Source: an uncultured virus (IMG/VR IMGVR_UViG_3300043094_000104) (taxonomy: Duplodnaviria > Heunggongvirae > Uroviricota > Caudoviricetes). From it: DNA of 64,000 bases. This document shows positions 51,349 through 59,991 of this stretch, piece after piece (positions within the stretch are counted from its first letter, which is position 1; each line of letters opens with the position of its first letter). Under the pieces are notes generated by a model. It ran no database searches, was not told where the DNA came from, and saw nothing but the letters and a program-made list of their open reading frames with translations. Position numbers and translations under genes: made by a program. Where the stretch lies: the IMG/VR virus record IMGVR_UViG_3300043094_000104; one strand, 5' to 3'.

Positions 51349-52167
51349 TTATTCTGAAGCAGAATTGCTTGAAGTAGAATCTTCTTCATCAGAATCTTCA
51401 GGAAGAAGCTTTCCAACTATATCTTCCTCTTCTTCTAAGCCAAGTGCCTTTGTAATAATATCTGTAATAGTCATACCCTTAATAGAATCATCTTCTGCAA
51501 AGCCACCAAGAGCAACTACTACCTTAGTAGCAACATCCTTTGGTAACTTACCTTCAACACCAAACTGTGCTGTATCCTTAGTTGTTTCAAAAGAGAAGTC
51601 AGCAATAACCTTATATTGTGTACTACTTACAATCTGAACTAAGTAACCAAATTCAGTCTTACTACCTTCACCCTCAGTGATAAATTTCTTAACAGCTTCT
51701 TCATAAGATTCTAAATCAGATTCATATTCCTTAACAGCCTTATCAAATTCATTCTTTGCATCAACAAATTCTTGAAGAGTAAACTTATAACCAACTTCAG
51801 GCTTTCTCATCTTTGGAGGTTCGCCTGGATGTACTAAAGTCTTACCATCTTCATCTTCTGGTTCTGCATAAACAAAAATGTAATCGCCAATTTCATACTT
51901 TGAAGGATCAAAGCTTTCAAATTCAGATGGCTTAACTAATTCCTTAATTACATAAGTCTTATTCTTGTCAAATTCACCTAAATTAGCAATTGCATTTTCA
52001 GAAAATTCCTTAACTAGAAGAGTTCTTACATGATTAAACTGTAAAAGAGTAAAACGATCATTAGATACTAAAAGAGATTCTTTTAAAGTAATCTTTTCAC
52101 TCTCTGGAATACCTACGATTCCAGCTACAGCAGATAATGGCTTATCTAAAAGCTTTACTAGTTTCAT
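51349..52167 (-). CDS. Hypothetical protein, paralog of 50423
   Basis: MKLVK, LLQF, KPSEF, TTKDTAQFGVEGKLPK. Confidence 0.75.
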   Translation of the reverse strand: MKLVKLLDKPLSAVAGIVGIPESEKITLKESLLVSNDRFTLLQFNHVRTLLVKEFSENAIANLGEFDKNKTYVIKELVKPSEFESFDPSKYEIGDYIFVYAEPEDEDGKTLVHPGEPPKMRKPEVGYKFTLQEFVDAKNEFDKAVKEYESDLESYEEAVKKFITEGEGSKTEFGYLVQIVSSTQYKVIADFSFETTKDTAQFGVEGKLPKDVATKVVVALGGFAEDDSIKGMTITDIITKALGLEEEEDIVGKLLPEDSDEEDSTSSNSASE

Positions 52168-52182
52168 TTAAAATACCTTCTT

Positions 52183-52737
52183 TCATTTATTTTTATTTTC
52201 ATCATTTTCTTGTTTAACATTTCTCATCACATTTTCAAATGAATCAATAATGATATTTATTTTTTTGACAATAGCATTAAATATAGCTCTTGTTTTATCT
52301 ATATTAACACTTGATATGCCTTTTTCTAAGAAAAAGTTAATTTGCTCAGTTGTTTCTTCAAGAGAAGAGATGAGTAGGTTAATAATTTTATGTTGATTTT
52401 CATCGTTAATTTCATCAAAAGTGATATAATGTTTTGAATTATTAAATGTTATTTTAGTTTTCTCTAATAGTTCTAAAAGATTATTAAATTTCTTAAAATA
52501 CTGTAATTTTTGATAATTAGTAAAATTTAATAAATCTTGTTCAGGAGTAGTTCCATCTTTTTCTTCAGGAAACTTTTTATCTGTATCACTATCAGTATCT
52601 TCTATATCTAACATGGCAGGAGGTGGTGGAGGTGCTGCACCTTCAGCATTAGGATCTCCTTCAGCCATTTCTTCTCCTTCTTCATTAAAGTATAAATTAA
52701 AATATTTACTCTTTTTCAAAGCTATCACTCCTTTCAA
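52183..52737 (-). CDS. Hypothetical late protein
   Basis: Acidic/poly-Pro N-terminus; late-type promoter at 52754-52765. Confidence 0.65.
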   Translation of the reverse strand: MKGVIALKKSKYFNLYFNEEGEEMAEGDPNAEGAAPPPPPAMLDIEDTDSDTDKKFPEEKDGTTPEQDLLNFTNYQKLQYFKKFNNLLELLEKTKITFNNSKHYITFDEINDENQHKIINLLISSLEETTEQINFFLEKGISSVNIDKTRAIFNAIVKKINIIIDSFENVMRNVKQENDENKNK

Positions 52738-52800
52738 TTAAATATAACAAATATAAGATTTTGTTTTCCTATATAAATCGTATTAAACTATATAATTGTA

Positions 52801-53010
52801 TATATATTATAATTGTGAATAAAGTAAATAATTACTTATATTCACTTCATATTATTGAAGTATTAGTGACGATATTAAATCTAACATCACTTTAATAAAT
52901 GTTAGAGTTTGTATGTTCCCTCGAAGAAACTCATGACCTGAAAAGATAGGGTCGTTATATGAGATAACAGAGTAGAGGTAAATTAGTACAAATATATCTT
53001 GGAGGTCATT
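52801..53010 (+). ncRNA. Repeated structured 5' leader, copy 1 (with promoter)
   Basis: Shares TATATATTATAATTG, TTTGTATGTTCCC, TGAAAAGATA, AGAGTA..GGTAAA..TAGTACAA with copies 2 and 3; covarying stems. Confidence 0.75.
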
Positions 53011-53385
53011 ATGACTACAACAAAAACTATCACTAATCGTTTTAACACACAGGCTGAAGGCGTAGCTTTCATTAAGAATCTTCTTGACAGCGATAGAAGA
53101 GAAGAAGAACTTATAACTGGTAAGTTCTTTGATATTCTTAAAAGAAGCACTGTAAACATTCAGGTAAGAAACGGTAAAACTGCATTGGTGTTTGACACAG
53201 ACTATGGAACTGTGTTGGAAACATTAACTGACAGCGATAAATTCTATTATATGGTAAAGGAGTTTACTCCTACATATGAAAGAAATATTATGGATGATGT
53301 ACTTATTTATATAGCACCGAACAACACCATGTTCTTTAAGGTTAGCAGAAATGGTTCTGTGTACTTGACATATAATAAGGACTAA
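53011..53385 (+). CDS. Hypothetical early protein
   Basis: ATG after GGAGG; the track start at 52999 overlaps the SD. Confidence 0.75.
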   Translation: MTTTKTITNRFNTQAEGVAFIKNLLDSDRREEELITGKFFDILKRSTVNIQVRNGKTALVFDTDYGTVLETLTDSDKFYYMVKEFTPTYERNIMDDVLIYIAPNNTMFFKVSRNGSVYLTYNKD

Positions 53386-53496
53386 TTACTAAAATTATAA
53401 TCACCTTGCTTCTTATGAATGCGAGGTGATTTTTTTTTCTAATTTTTTTATTTATATATTATTTATATGTGATTAAATAAAAAGGAGTGAAATAAA

Positions 53497-53910
53497 ATGA
53501 CTAAATCACAAATAAAACTGTGTGAGAAAATTTATAATAATAATAAATCTTCTTACTCAAGACTTACTATGATGGCATTTTTGTTTAAAGGTAAGTCATT
53601 AATTTCTCAGGGTATAAACTCTGATAAAACTGATCCTATTCAAAATAAGTTCAGAAAACAAATTATAAATAATGATAACTATATAGACAAAAGACATGCA
53701 GAAGTTGATTGTCTTAAAAGTTTCATTGAAGACAAAGAAATTGATTTTAAAAGTCTTACATTATTTGTTCTTTCAAAAAAAGCTAATGGAGAATATAGAA
53801 ATAGTAAACCTTGTCCTATTTGCAGAAAAATGATTGAAAGCTTAGGTGTAGGTGAAATTTGTTATATTTATAATGGTAGACTTATAAATGAAAAACTTCT
53901 CAATGTTTAA
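53497..53910 (+). CDS. Zinc-dependent cytidine/dCMP deaminase-family protein
   Basis: GIN, HAEVDC, SKPCPIC. Confidence 0.85.
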   Translation: MTKSQIKLCEKIYNNNKSSYSRLTMMAFLFKGKSLISQGINSDKTDPIQNKFRKQIINNDNYIDKRHAEVDCLKSFIEDKEIDFKSLTLFVLSKKANGEYRNSKPCPICRKMIESLGVGEICYIYNGRLINEKLLNV

Positions 53911-53984
53911 TTAAAATTAAATTTTAAATACTATTATAACAAAATAGTATTAAGAAAATGAATATTTTTAAAGGAGTAAATAAA

Positions 53985-54551
53985 ATGGTAAATCTAATTA
54001 AAAATGAAAATGATTCAATTCTTAAAGTGGATGGTACTGATTTTAAGATTTCTAATGAGCTAGCTAGTTTTCTAGAAGCTACTAATAGTCTTAATGATGA
54101 TACTATCACTAAAACCATCAGCAAAGCTGGTGTAATTACATTGAAAATTAAGAGTCTTACTTACACTATCTGTAATGATAATAAGAAAAAGATCCTTAAT
54201 ATGTACAAAATTAATAATAATGAAGGAGTAATTCATATGAAGACATTTATCAAGTTTATGAAACCAAAGCAGGAAAGTGGTAAGAAGAACCCTTTTAATT
54301 CTCTTATTCTAAGAGTACTTAAGCCAGCACTTAATAACGTGGAATTTGAAGATATTGATGCTGTAAGATCTACAGTATATGATACACTTAAGCCACTTAT
54401 GAGTGAAAATTCTAAGTGGGAAATTGAAGATAATACTAAGACACTTGGTCTTGTTGTAAAGAATGAGTATCTTAAGGAAGGTAAGGAATATCCTTCTCAT
54501 AATATCTTCTTTATTAATGTAGTACCAGAAGAGTCTACAGCATCTGAATGA
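53985..54551 (+). CDS. Hypothetical protein
   Basis: ATG after AAGGAG; second in-frame SD+ATG at 54237. Confidence 0.65.
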   Translation: MVNLIKNENDSILKVDGTDFKISNELASFLEATNSLNDDTITKTISKAGVITLKIKSLTYTICNDNKKKILNMYKINNNEGVIHMKTFIKFMKPKQESGKKNPFNSLILRVLKPALNNVEFEDIDAVRSTVYDTLKPLMSENSKWEIEDNTKTLGLVVKNEYLKEGKEYPSHNIFFINVVPEESTASE

Positions 54552-54638
54552 TATATAAAAGGTATAAGCTTTAAAAGCTTATACCTTTTTATTAAACAAA
54601 TTTTAATTTATATAATAAATTTTAGGAGGACTATTGTC

Positions 54639-55094
54639 ATGGAAGAAAGAATTGAAAAATTTACAAATAAAGAATTTTATGAGGTAGTTAATAAAATTTC
54701 TACTGCAGTTATTAAAAGAGTATCATCAATTGAAATGAATTCTATTATAATTAGAGCTAATATTAATGATTATTATATTTTTATTGGAAAAAACTTATTT
54801 ATATTTTCTCTTAAAGAATATAGCGATGATAAATATATTACATTTGAACATATTCTTTTAATTAATAAAAAAAATCATAGTGTAAATAATTTTAATGATA
54901 TTAAACTAAAAGATATATCAATTACTGATAATAGCGATACTATTGGTGATACTATTGACGAATTAATAACGGAAATAAACTATCAAAATGATAAAGAATT
55001 TAATAATATATTACTATCTCGATATCAAATTTATAAAAAGAATCTTATCTCAGAAATTGAGAAAGTTAAAAATTATATTGAATTAGTGTTTTAA
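54639..55094 (+). CDS. Hypothetical protein
   Basis: SD AGGAGG. Confidence 0.7.
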   Translation: MEERIEKFTNKEFYEVVNKISTAVIKRVSSIEMNSIIIRANINDYYIFIGKNLFIFSLKEYSDDKYITFEHILLINKKNHSVNNFNDIKLKDISITDNSDTIGDTIDELITEINYQNDKEFNNILLSRYQIYKKNLISEIEKVKNYIELVF

Positions 55095-55105
55095 AAGGAG
55101 TTATT

Positions 55106-55504
55106 ATGATAATTAAATGTAAAAAAGATTTTGAAGCTTTTGTAAGTGTTATGATTGCATCTTGTATAAAGAGTGATAAGAAAATTTATATTTATGAAGA
55201 AAATAATATAAAAACTAATAATATGATTTATAAGCATGTATGTATTGAAAAAGATGTTTTTTCATTTATTTATAGTTTTTCTAAAACATCTAGCCTTCAG
55301 TTTGCTCATCAAAAACTTGATTCAGAAAGAATTTATAATATGTTTAAACAAGGGGAAGAAATTTCTTCTAATATTAATCTTTATCTTATTGATTGTGAAC
55401 ATAGTTTAACACATGATTTTAATCTTACTTTATCAAATGAAGAAATCAATAAAGAAATTCATTCAATATGTAATTACATTGAAGTTGTACTTAATGTAAT
55501 CTAA
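55106..55504 (+). CDS. Hypothetical protein
   Basis: SD AAGGAG; C-terminal NYIE(L/V)V resembles upstream ORF. Confidence 0.7.
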   Translation: MIIKCKKDFEAFVSVMIASCIKSDKKIYIYEENNIKTNNMIYKHVCIEKDVFSFIYSFSKTSSLQFAHQKLDSERIYNMFKQGEEISSNINLYLIDCEHSLTHDFNLTLSNEEINKEIHSICNYIEVVLNVI

Positions 55505-55588
55505 AATAAATAAATTTTAATTTAATACATAAGCTTATTTTAAATAAGCTTATGTATTTTTTTTTTTGTATTTAATTATAATGCTGAA

Positions 55589-55785
55589 TATATATTATAA
55601 TTGCGAATAAAGTATTTAATTACTTATATTCATACTTAGTGTAGATAATTAAATCCAATAAGCACTTAAATAAATATTGGAGTTTGTATGTTCCCTTCGA
55701 AGAAACTCTTGGTTGAAAAGATATATACCATATAAGAGATAACAGAGTAAAGGTAAATTAGTACAAATATATCTTGGAGGTCATT
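55589..55785 (+). ncRNA. Repeated structured 5' leader, copy 2
   Basis: 3' end GAGATAACAGAGTA(A/G)AGGTAAATTAGTACAAATATATCTTGGAGGTCATTATGACTA nearly identical to copy 1. Confidence 0.75.
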
Positions 55786-56253
55786 ATGACTAATCGGGCT
55801 AAAGAGAGTAAAGAAAAATGTGTGAATATGTTCACTTTTCAACTTCCGCTTATCCTGAGTACTTATCAGCTACATGCTAATATGAAAAACACTCAAGAAG
55901 GCTTAGCTGAAATACCCGAAATCAAATTGGATGAAAATATGGCTAAGAGCTTAATCTTATCCAATTCCATTATTCTTGAAAAAGATAATGGAGAAAAAAC
56001 GATCTATGATTTATCTTATGATGAGTCTATAGATTGTATTGAGGAGTATGATCATGAAAGTGACGATATTCGCCGTTATTGTGCTAGCGTTGATCGTGAT
56101 ATCGATTATTCTAAGAGAATAACAAACGCAACATCAAGTCTTCTTAATCTCATTATGGATAAAAAGCTTTATGTCATTTCCATCATTAATGGTGGAGTAT
56201 GTCTTAAAGAAAGTGAAGGTGAACATGTGTATAGACTGTATTCAAAAGATTAA
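55786..56253 (+). CDS. Hypothetical early protein
   Basis: ATG after GGAGG. Confidence 0.75.
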   Translation: MTNRAKESKEKCVNMFTFQLPLILSTYQLHANMKNTQEGLAEIPEIKLDENMAKSLILSNSIILEKDNGEKTIYDLSYDESIDCIEEYDHESDDIRRYCASVDRDIDYSKRITNATSSLLNLIMDKKLYVISIINGGVCLKESEGEHVYRLYSKD

Positions 56254-56363
56254 TCAATAAAATGTGTGGAAAGGAGAATGATATTGATGATTAAAAAACG
56301 TACTGTAATGGTGCGTTTTTTTTTTAGTAAAAATTATTGACTGTATTTAATTATAATGCTGAA

Positions 56364-56552
56364 TATATATTATAATTGTGAATAAGAATAATTTATATTC
56401 TATTCAAATAAGGATGAGTATGAATCTAGTAGCCTTATTACTAGAAATTTGTATGTTCCCGAAAAACATGTATGGTTGAAAAGATATAATACCAATATAC
56501 ATGAGAAAAGAGTAGGTAAATAGTACAAGTTAATATTCAAAAGGAGTTTATT
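56364..56552 (+). ncRNA. Repeated structured 5' leader, copy 3 (divergent)
   Basis: Same conserved blocks with different but pairing stems. Confidence 0.7.
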
Positions 56553-56960
56553 ATGTTTACTATTAATTCTGTTGAAGATTTCAAAATGATTGTAAAAAGA
56601 GTTTTAGAAGTTGCTGCAACAGGTGAAAAGGACATAAGAACTGTAAAATCCTTTAACGATAACGATGATGACTGGTTTGTAGGAATCGTCATTGAAGATG
56701 ATGAAGCTCGCAATATGGTTACAATTCAGGGAGGAAGAAATAATGACTATATTGTAGCAGATCTTTTCTTTAACGTTAAGGAGAAGGATGTAAATCTTCT
56801 TATGAATGAAAAGTATTACGGAAACGGTAATCTCTGCCATCTGGTTAGAGTTAATGAAGATTTTACCGCAGTGCTTTCCATTCGCAGATTTATCGACAAT
56901 GAAGAAGACTTTGAAGCCCTTGTCGGTACGGTAAAGTTTATGGTTATGAAAACATCATAA
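56553..56960 (+). CDS. Hypothetical early protein
   Basis: SD AAGGAG. Confidence 0.75.
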   Translation: MFTINSVEDFKMIVKRVLEVAATGEKDIRTVKSFNDNDDDWFVGIVIEDDEARNMVTIQGGRNNDYIVADLFFNVKEKDVNLLMNEKYYGNGNLCHLVRVNEDFTAVLSIRRFIDNEEDFEALVGTVKFMVMKTS

Positions 56961-57084
56961 TCTAAACAATAAAAAATAACGGCACTCTTACATATTCATC
57001 AAGCTGTTTTAAATTGAATTGTAGAGTGTCGTTATATTATTCACATACGCCTAAAAAATTAATTTTATTAAAGGAGAAAAAAAA

Positions 57085-57306
57085 ATGAACAATATCTTTG
57101 AAATGAACAACAATAACATGATGAGTGACCTGAACAAGGTCTTTGAAGCAAACAGAAAGCAGGATGAAAAAATGGCGGAGAATATCCGTAACATGACAGG
57201 AAATAAAAAGCCTGCAACTGAAGCCATCAAAAATCTTTGGGAGCGTTATGCTCTTGAAGGAAATATTGAAGGTATGGAAAAACTCGAACGAGTTTATTCT
57301 ATCTAA
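57085..57306 (+). CDS. Small hypothetical protein
   Basis: SD AAGGAG; followed by terminator-like TACCCCCT/AGGGGGTA + T-run. Confidence 0.75.
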   Translation: MNNIFEMNNNNMMSDLNKVFEANRKQDEKMAENIRNMTGNKKPATEAIKNLWERYALEGNIEGMEKLERVYSI

Positions 57307-57400
57307 CAACTTCAATGTACCCCCTTTAATTAGGGGGTATTTTTTTTTTCATTAAAGTTTAAATATTTATATTATTATTAAGCAAAGGAGTTGATTTATA

Positions 57401-58339
57401 ATGTCAAAAAAGTATACTATTGATGATATTAAAGAAATGATTTATAATAAATATAATGGAGAATATATTTGTTTATCAAATGAATATAAAAATAATAAAG
57501 AGAAAATTAAGATAAAGCATAATATATGTAATAATATATTTGAAATGAGAAGTGGTAATTTTTTAAATAATAATAATCGTTGTCCTTACTGTAAGAATAA
57601 AAATGATGGAAAAACTAATAAAACAGTTACTAAAATGACTAAAGAAGATTTTATTAAACGTTTAGATAATGATTATGAGTTAGTCAGTGATTTTATTAAT
57701 TTAAAAACTAATGTAGACTTATTACATAAATCATGTGGTAATATTTATAATGTAAGACCCGATAATTTTTTATATAATAATCATAGATGTGAATGTACTA
57801 GAGTTAAGCATAAATATACAATAGAAGATATTCAAAAGTATTTTAATAAAATAAATGACTATGAACTAATTTCTAAAGAATATGTCAATAAAAATGAAAA
57901 ATTAAAAATTAAGCATTTATCATGTGATAATATATTTGAAATGTCATTAAATGATTTTAAGAATAATAATTATAGATGTCCTAAATGTAAAGCATCTAAA
58001 GGAGAAAATAATGTAAGAACTTTTCTATTAAATAATAATATTAAATTTACTGAGCAAAAGCGTTTCAATGATTGTAAAGATAAAAGAACTTTACCGTTCG
58101 ATTTTTATTTAGAAGATTATAATATCTGTATAGAATATGATGGTGAATTACATTATAATAAAGCTAGATATAAAAATGATGAAGAATATAATCAGGATAA
58201 ATTAAATATTACTAAAAAACATGATGAAATTAAAAATGAATATTGTAGAGTAAATAATATAAGACTTATTAGGATTCCATATACAGAGTTTGGTAATATT
58301 GAAAAGATTCTTAAAAAGGAGTTGAATATTAATGCCTAG
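57401..58339 (+). CDS. Zinc-repeat Vsr/EDxHD-like nuclease (array gene 1, 3 repeats)
   Basis: HxxC...RC repeats, SKGE, LPFDFY, IEYDGELH. Confidence 0.8.
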   Translation: MSKKYTIDDIKEMIYNKYNGEYICLSNEYKNNKEKIKIKHNICNNIFEMRSGNFLNNNNRCPYCKNKNDGKTNKTVTKMTKEDFIKRLDNDYELVSDFINLKTNVDLLHKSCGNIYNVRPDNFLYNNHRCECTRVKHKYTIEDIQKYFNKINDYELISKEYVNKNEKLKIKHLSCDNIFEMSLNDFKNNNYRCPKCKASKGENNVRTFLLNNNIKFTEQKRFNDCKDKRTLPFDFYLEDYNICIEYDGELHYNKARYKNDEEYNQDKLNITKKHDEIKNEYCRVNNIRLIRIPYTEFGNIEKILKKELNINA

Positions 58340-59066
58340 AAAATTAACTTATAAAGAAGTTAAAGATATTATAGAAGAAAATGGTGAATATACTTTATTA
58401 TCTAAAGAGTATTTAAATAATAGACAGCATTTATTAATAAGACATAATTGTAATAAATGTAATAATAATATCTTTGAAAGAAGTCTTTATGTATTTCAAG
58501 CAGGTAAAAAATGTCATAAATGTGCTATAATAAATAGAACTAAATTAAAAACTAAAACTACTGAAGAATTTAAAGATGATATTAAAAGAATATTTAATGA
58601 TGAAATGGAAGTTATAGGAGATTATAAAAATAATAAAACTAAAATATTAATGTATAGTAGAAAGTGTGGTCATTATTTTGAAGGGTATCCTATAAATCTT
58701 TTAAAAGGTTGTGGATGTAATATATGTACTATAAGATCTAAAGGTAATGAAAAAATAGATTCTATATTAAATGAATTAAATATAAATCATAAGTCTGAAT
58801 ATAAATTTGAAGATTGTAAATATAAAAGAACTTTATCATTTGATTTTTACTTAGAAGATTATAATATCTGTATAGAATATGATGGAGAACAACATTATTC
58901 TAAGAATACTTTTAGATATGGTGAAAAATTTGAAGAACAACAAAAACGTGATAATATTAAGAATAATTATTGTAAAACAAACAATATAAAACTTATTAGA
59001 ATTCCTTATACTGAATTCGATAATATTGAAAACATTCTTAAAGAGAATATAAAAGGAGAAAAATAA
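58332..59066 (+). CDS. Zinc-repeat Vsr/EDxHD-like nuclease (array gene 2, 2 repeats)
   Basis: SKGN, FDFY, IEYDGEQH. Confidence 0.8.
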   Translation: MPRKLTYKEVKDIIEENGEYTLLSKEYLNNRQHLLIRHNCNKCNNNIFERSLYVFQAGKKCHKCAIINRTKLKTKTTEEFKDDIKRIFNDEMEVIGDYKNNKTKILMYSRKCGHYFEGYPINLLKGCGCNICTIRSKGNEKIDSILNELNINHKSEYKFEDCKYKRTLSFDFYLEDYNICIEYDGEQHYSKNTFRYGEKFEEQQKRDNIKNNYCKTNNIKLIRIPYTEFDNIENILKENIKGEK

Positions 59067-59067
59067 A

Positions 59068-59991
59068 ATGTCAAGAAAATATACTATAGAAGAAGTTAAA
59101 AATATGATTCATGATAAATATAATAGTGAATATATTTGTATATCGGAAGAATATATTAATAATAAAGAAAAGATTAAAATTAAACATTTGAAATGTAATA
59201 ATATATTTGAAATGAGATTAAATAATTTCTTATTAGGTAATAAATGTCCTTACTGTAAGAATAAAAATGATGGAAAAACTAATAAAACAGTTAAGAAAAT
59301 GACTAAAGAAGACTTTATTAATAAATTAGACGATGATTATGTATTAATAGGAGATTTTATTAATCTTAAAACTAATGTAAATCTATTACATAAAACTTGT
59401 GGCAATATTTATAATGTAAGACCTGGAAATTATCTTTATAATAATCATCGTTGTAACTGTACTAGAACTAAACATAAGTATACTATTGAAGATATTCAAG
59501 AATTCTTTAATAAAATAGATGATTATGAATTAATTTCTAAAGAATATGTAAATACAATTAGTAAAATTAAAATAAAGCATTTAAAATGTAATAATATATT
59601 TGAAATGAGATTTAATGACTTTAAAAATAATAATAATAGATGTCCTAAATGTAGTTCTTCAAAAGGTGAAAATATTATAAGAACTTTTCTATTAAATAAT
59701 AATATTGGTTTTATTGAACAAAAATGCTTTGAAGATTGTAAAGATAAAAGAGTATTACCATTTGATTTTTATTTAGAGGATTATAATATACTTATTGAAT
59801 ATGACGGTGAATTACATTATAAAGAAAGTAGATATAAAAATAGTCAAGATAAATTAAATATTATTAAAAATCATGATAATATTAAGAATAATTATTGTAA
59901 GGAAAATAATATAAAACTTATTAGAATACCTTATATAGAATTTAATAATATTGAAGAAATTCTTAAAAAGGAGTTGAATGTAAATGGGTAA
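59068..59991 (+). CDS. Zinc-repeat Vsr/EDxHD-like nuclease (array gene 3, close paralog of gene 1)
   Basis: Shares CPYCKNKNDGKTNKTV.KMTKEDFI with gene 1. Confidence 0.8.
   Translation: MSRKYTIEEVKNMIHDKYNSEYICISEEYINNKEKIKIKHLKCNNIFEMRLNNFLLGNKCPYCKNKNDGKTNKTVKKMTKEDFINKLDDDYVLIGDFINLKTNVNLLHKTCGNIYNVRPGNYLYNNHRCNCTRTKHKYTIEDIQEFFNKIDDYELISKEYVNTISKIKIKHLKCNNIFEMRFNDFKNNNNRCPKCSSSKGENIIRTFLLNNNIGFIEQKCFEDCKDKRVLPFDFYLEDYNILIEYDGELHYKESRYKNSQDKLNIIKNHDNIKNNYCKENNIKLIRIPYIEFNNIEEILKKELNVNG

Noticed and set aside
51287..51637. Plus-strand 116-aa ORF and similar antisense ORFs (13436, 17766, 21026, 24273, 38537, 49143, 50511, 57037, 62980)
   Set aside because: Overlap longer, better-supported genes on the opposite strand
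52801..53010. Leader as a T-box or pistol ribozyme
   Set aside because: No T-box UGGNACC antiterminator, AGUA/GAA order is reversed relative to stem I, and pistol core nucleotides and P3 are not evident
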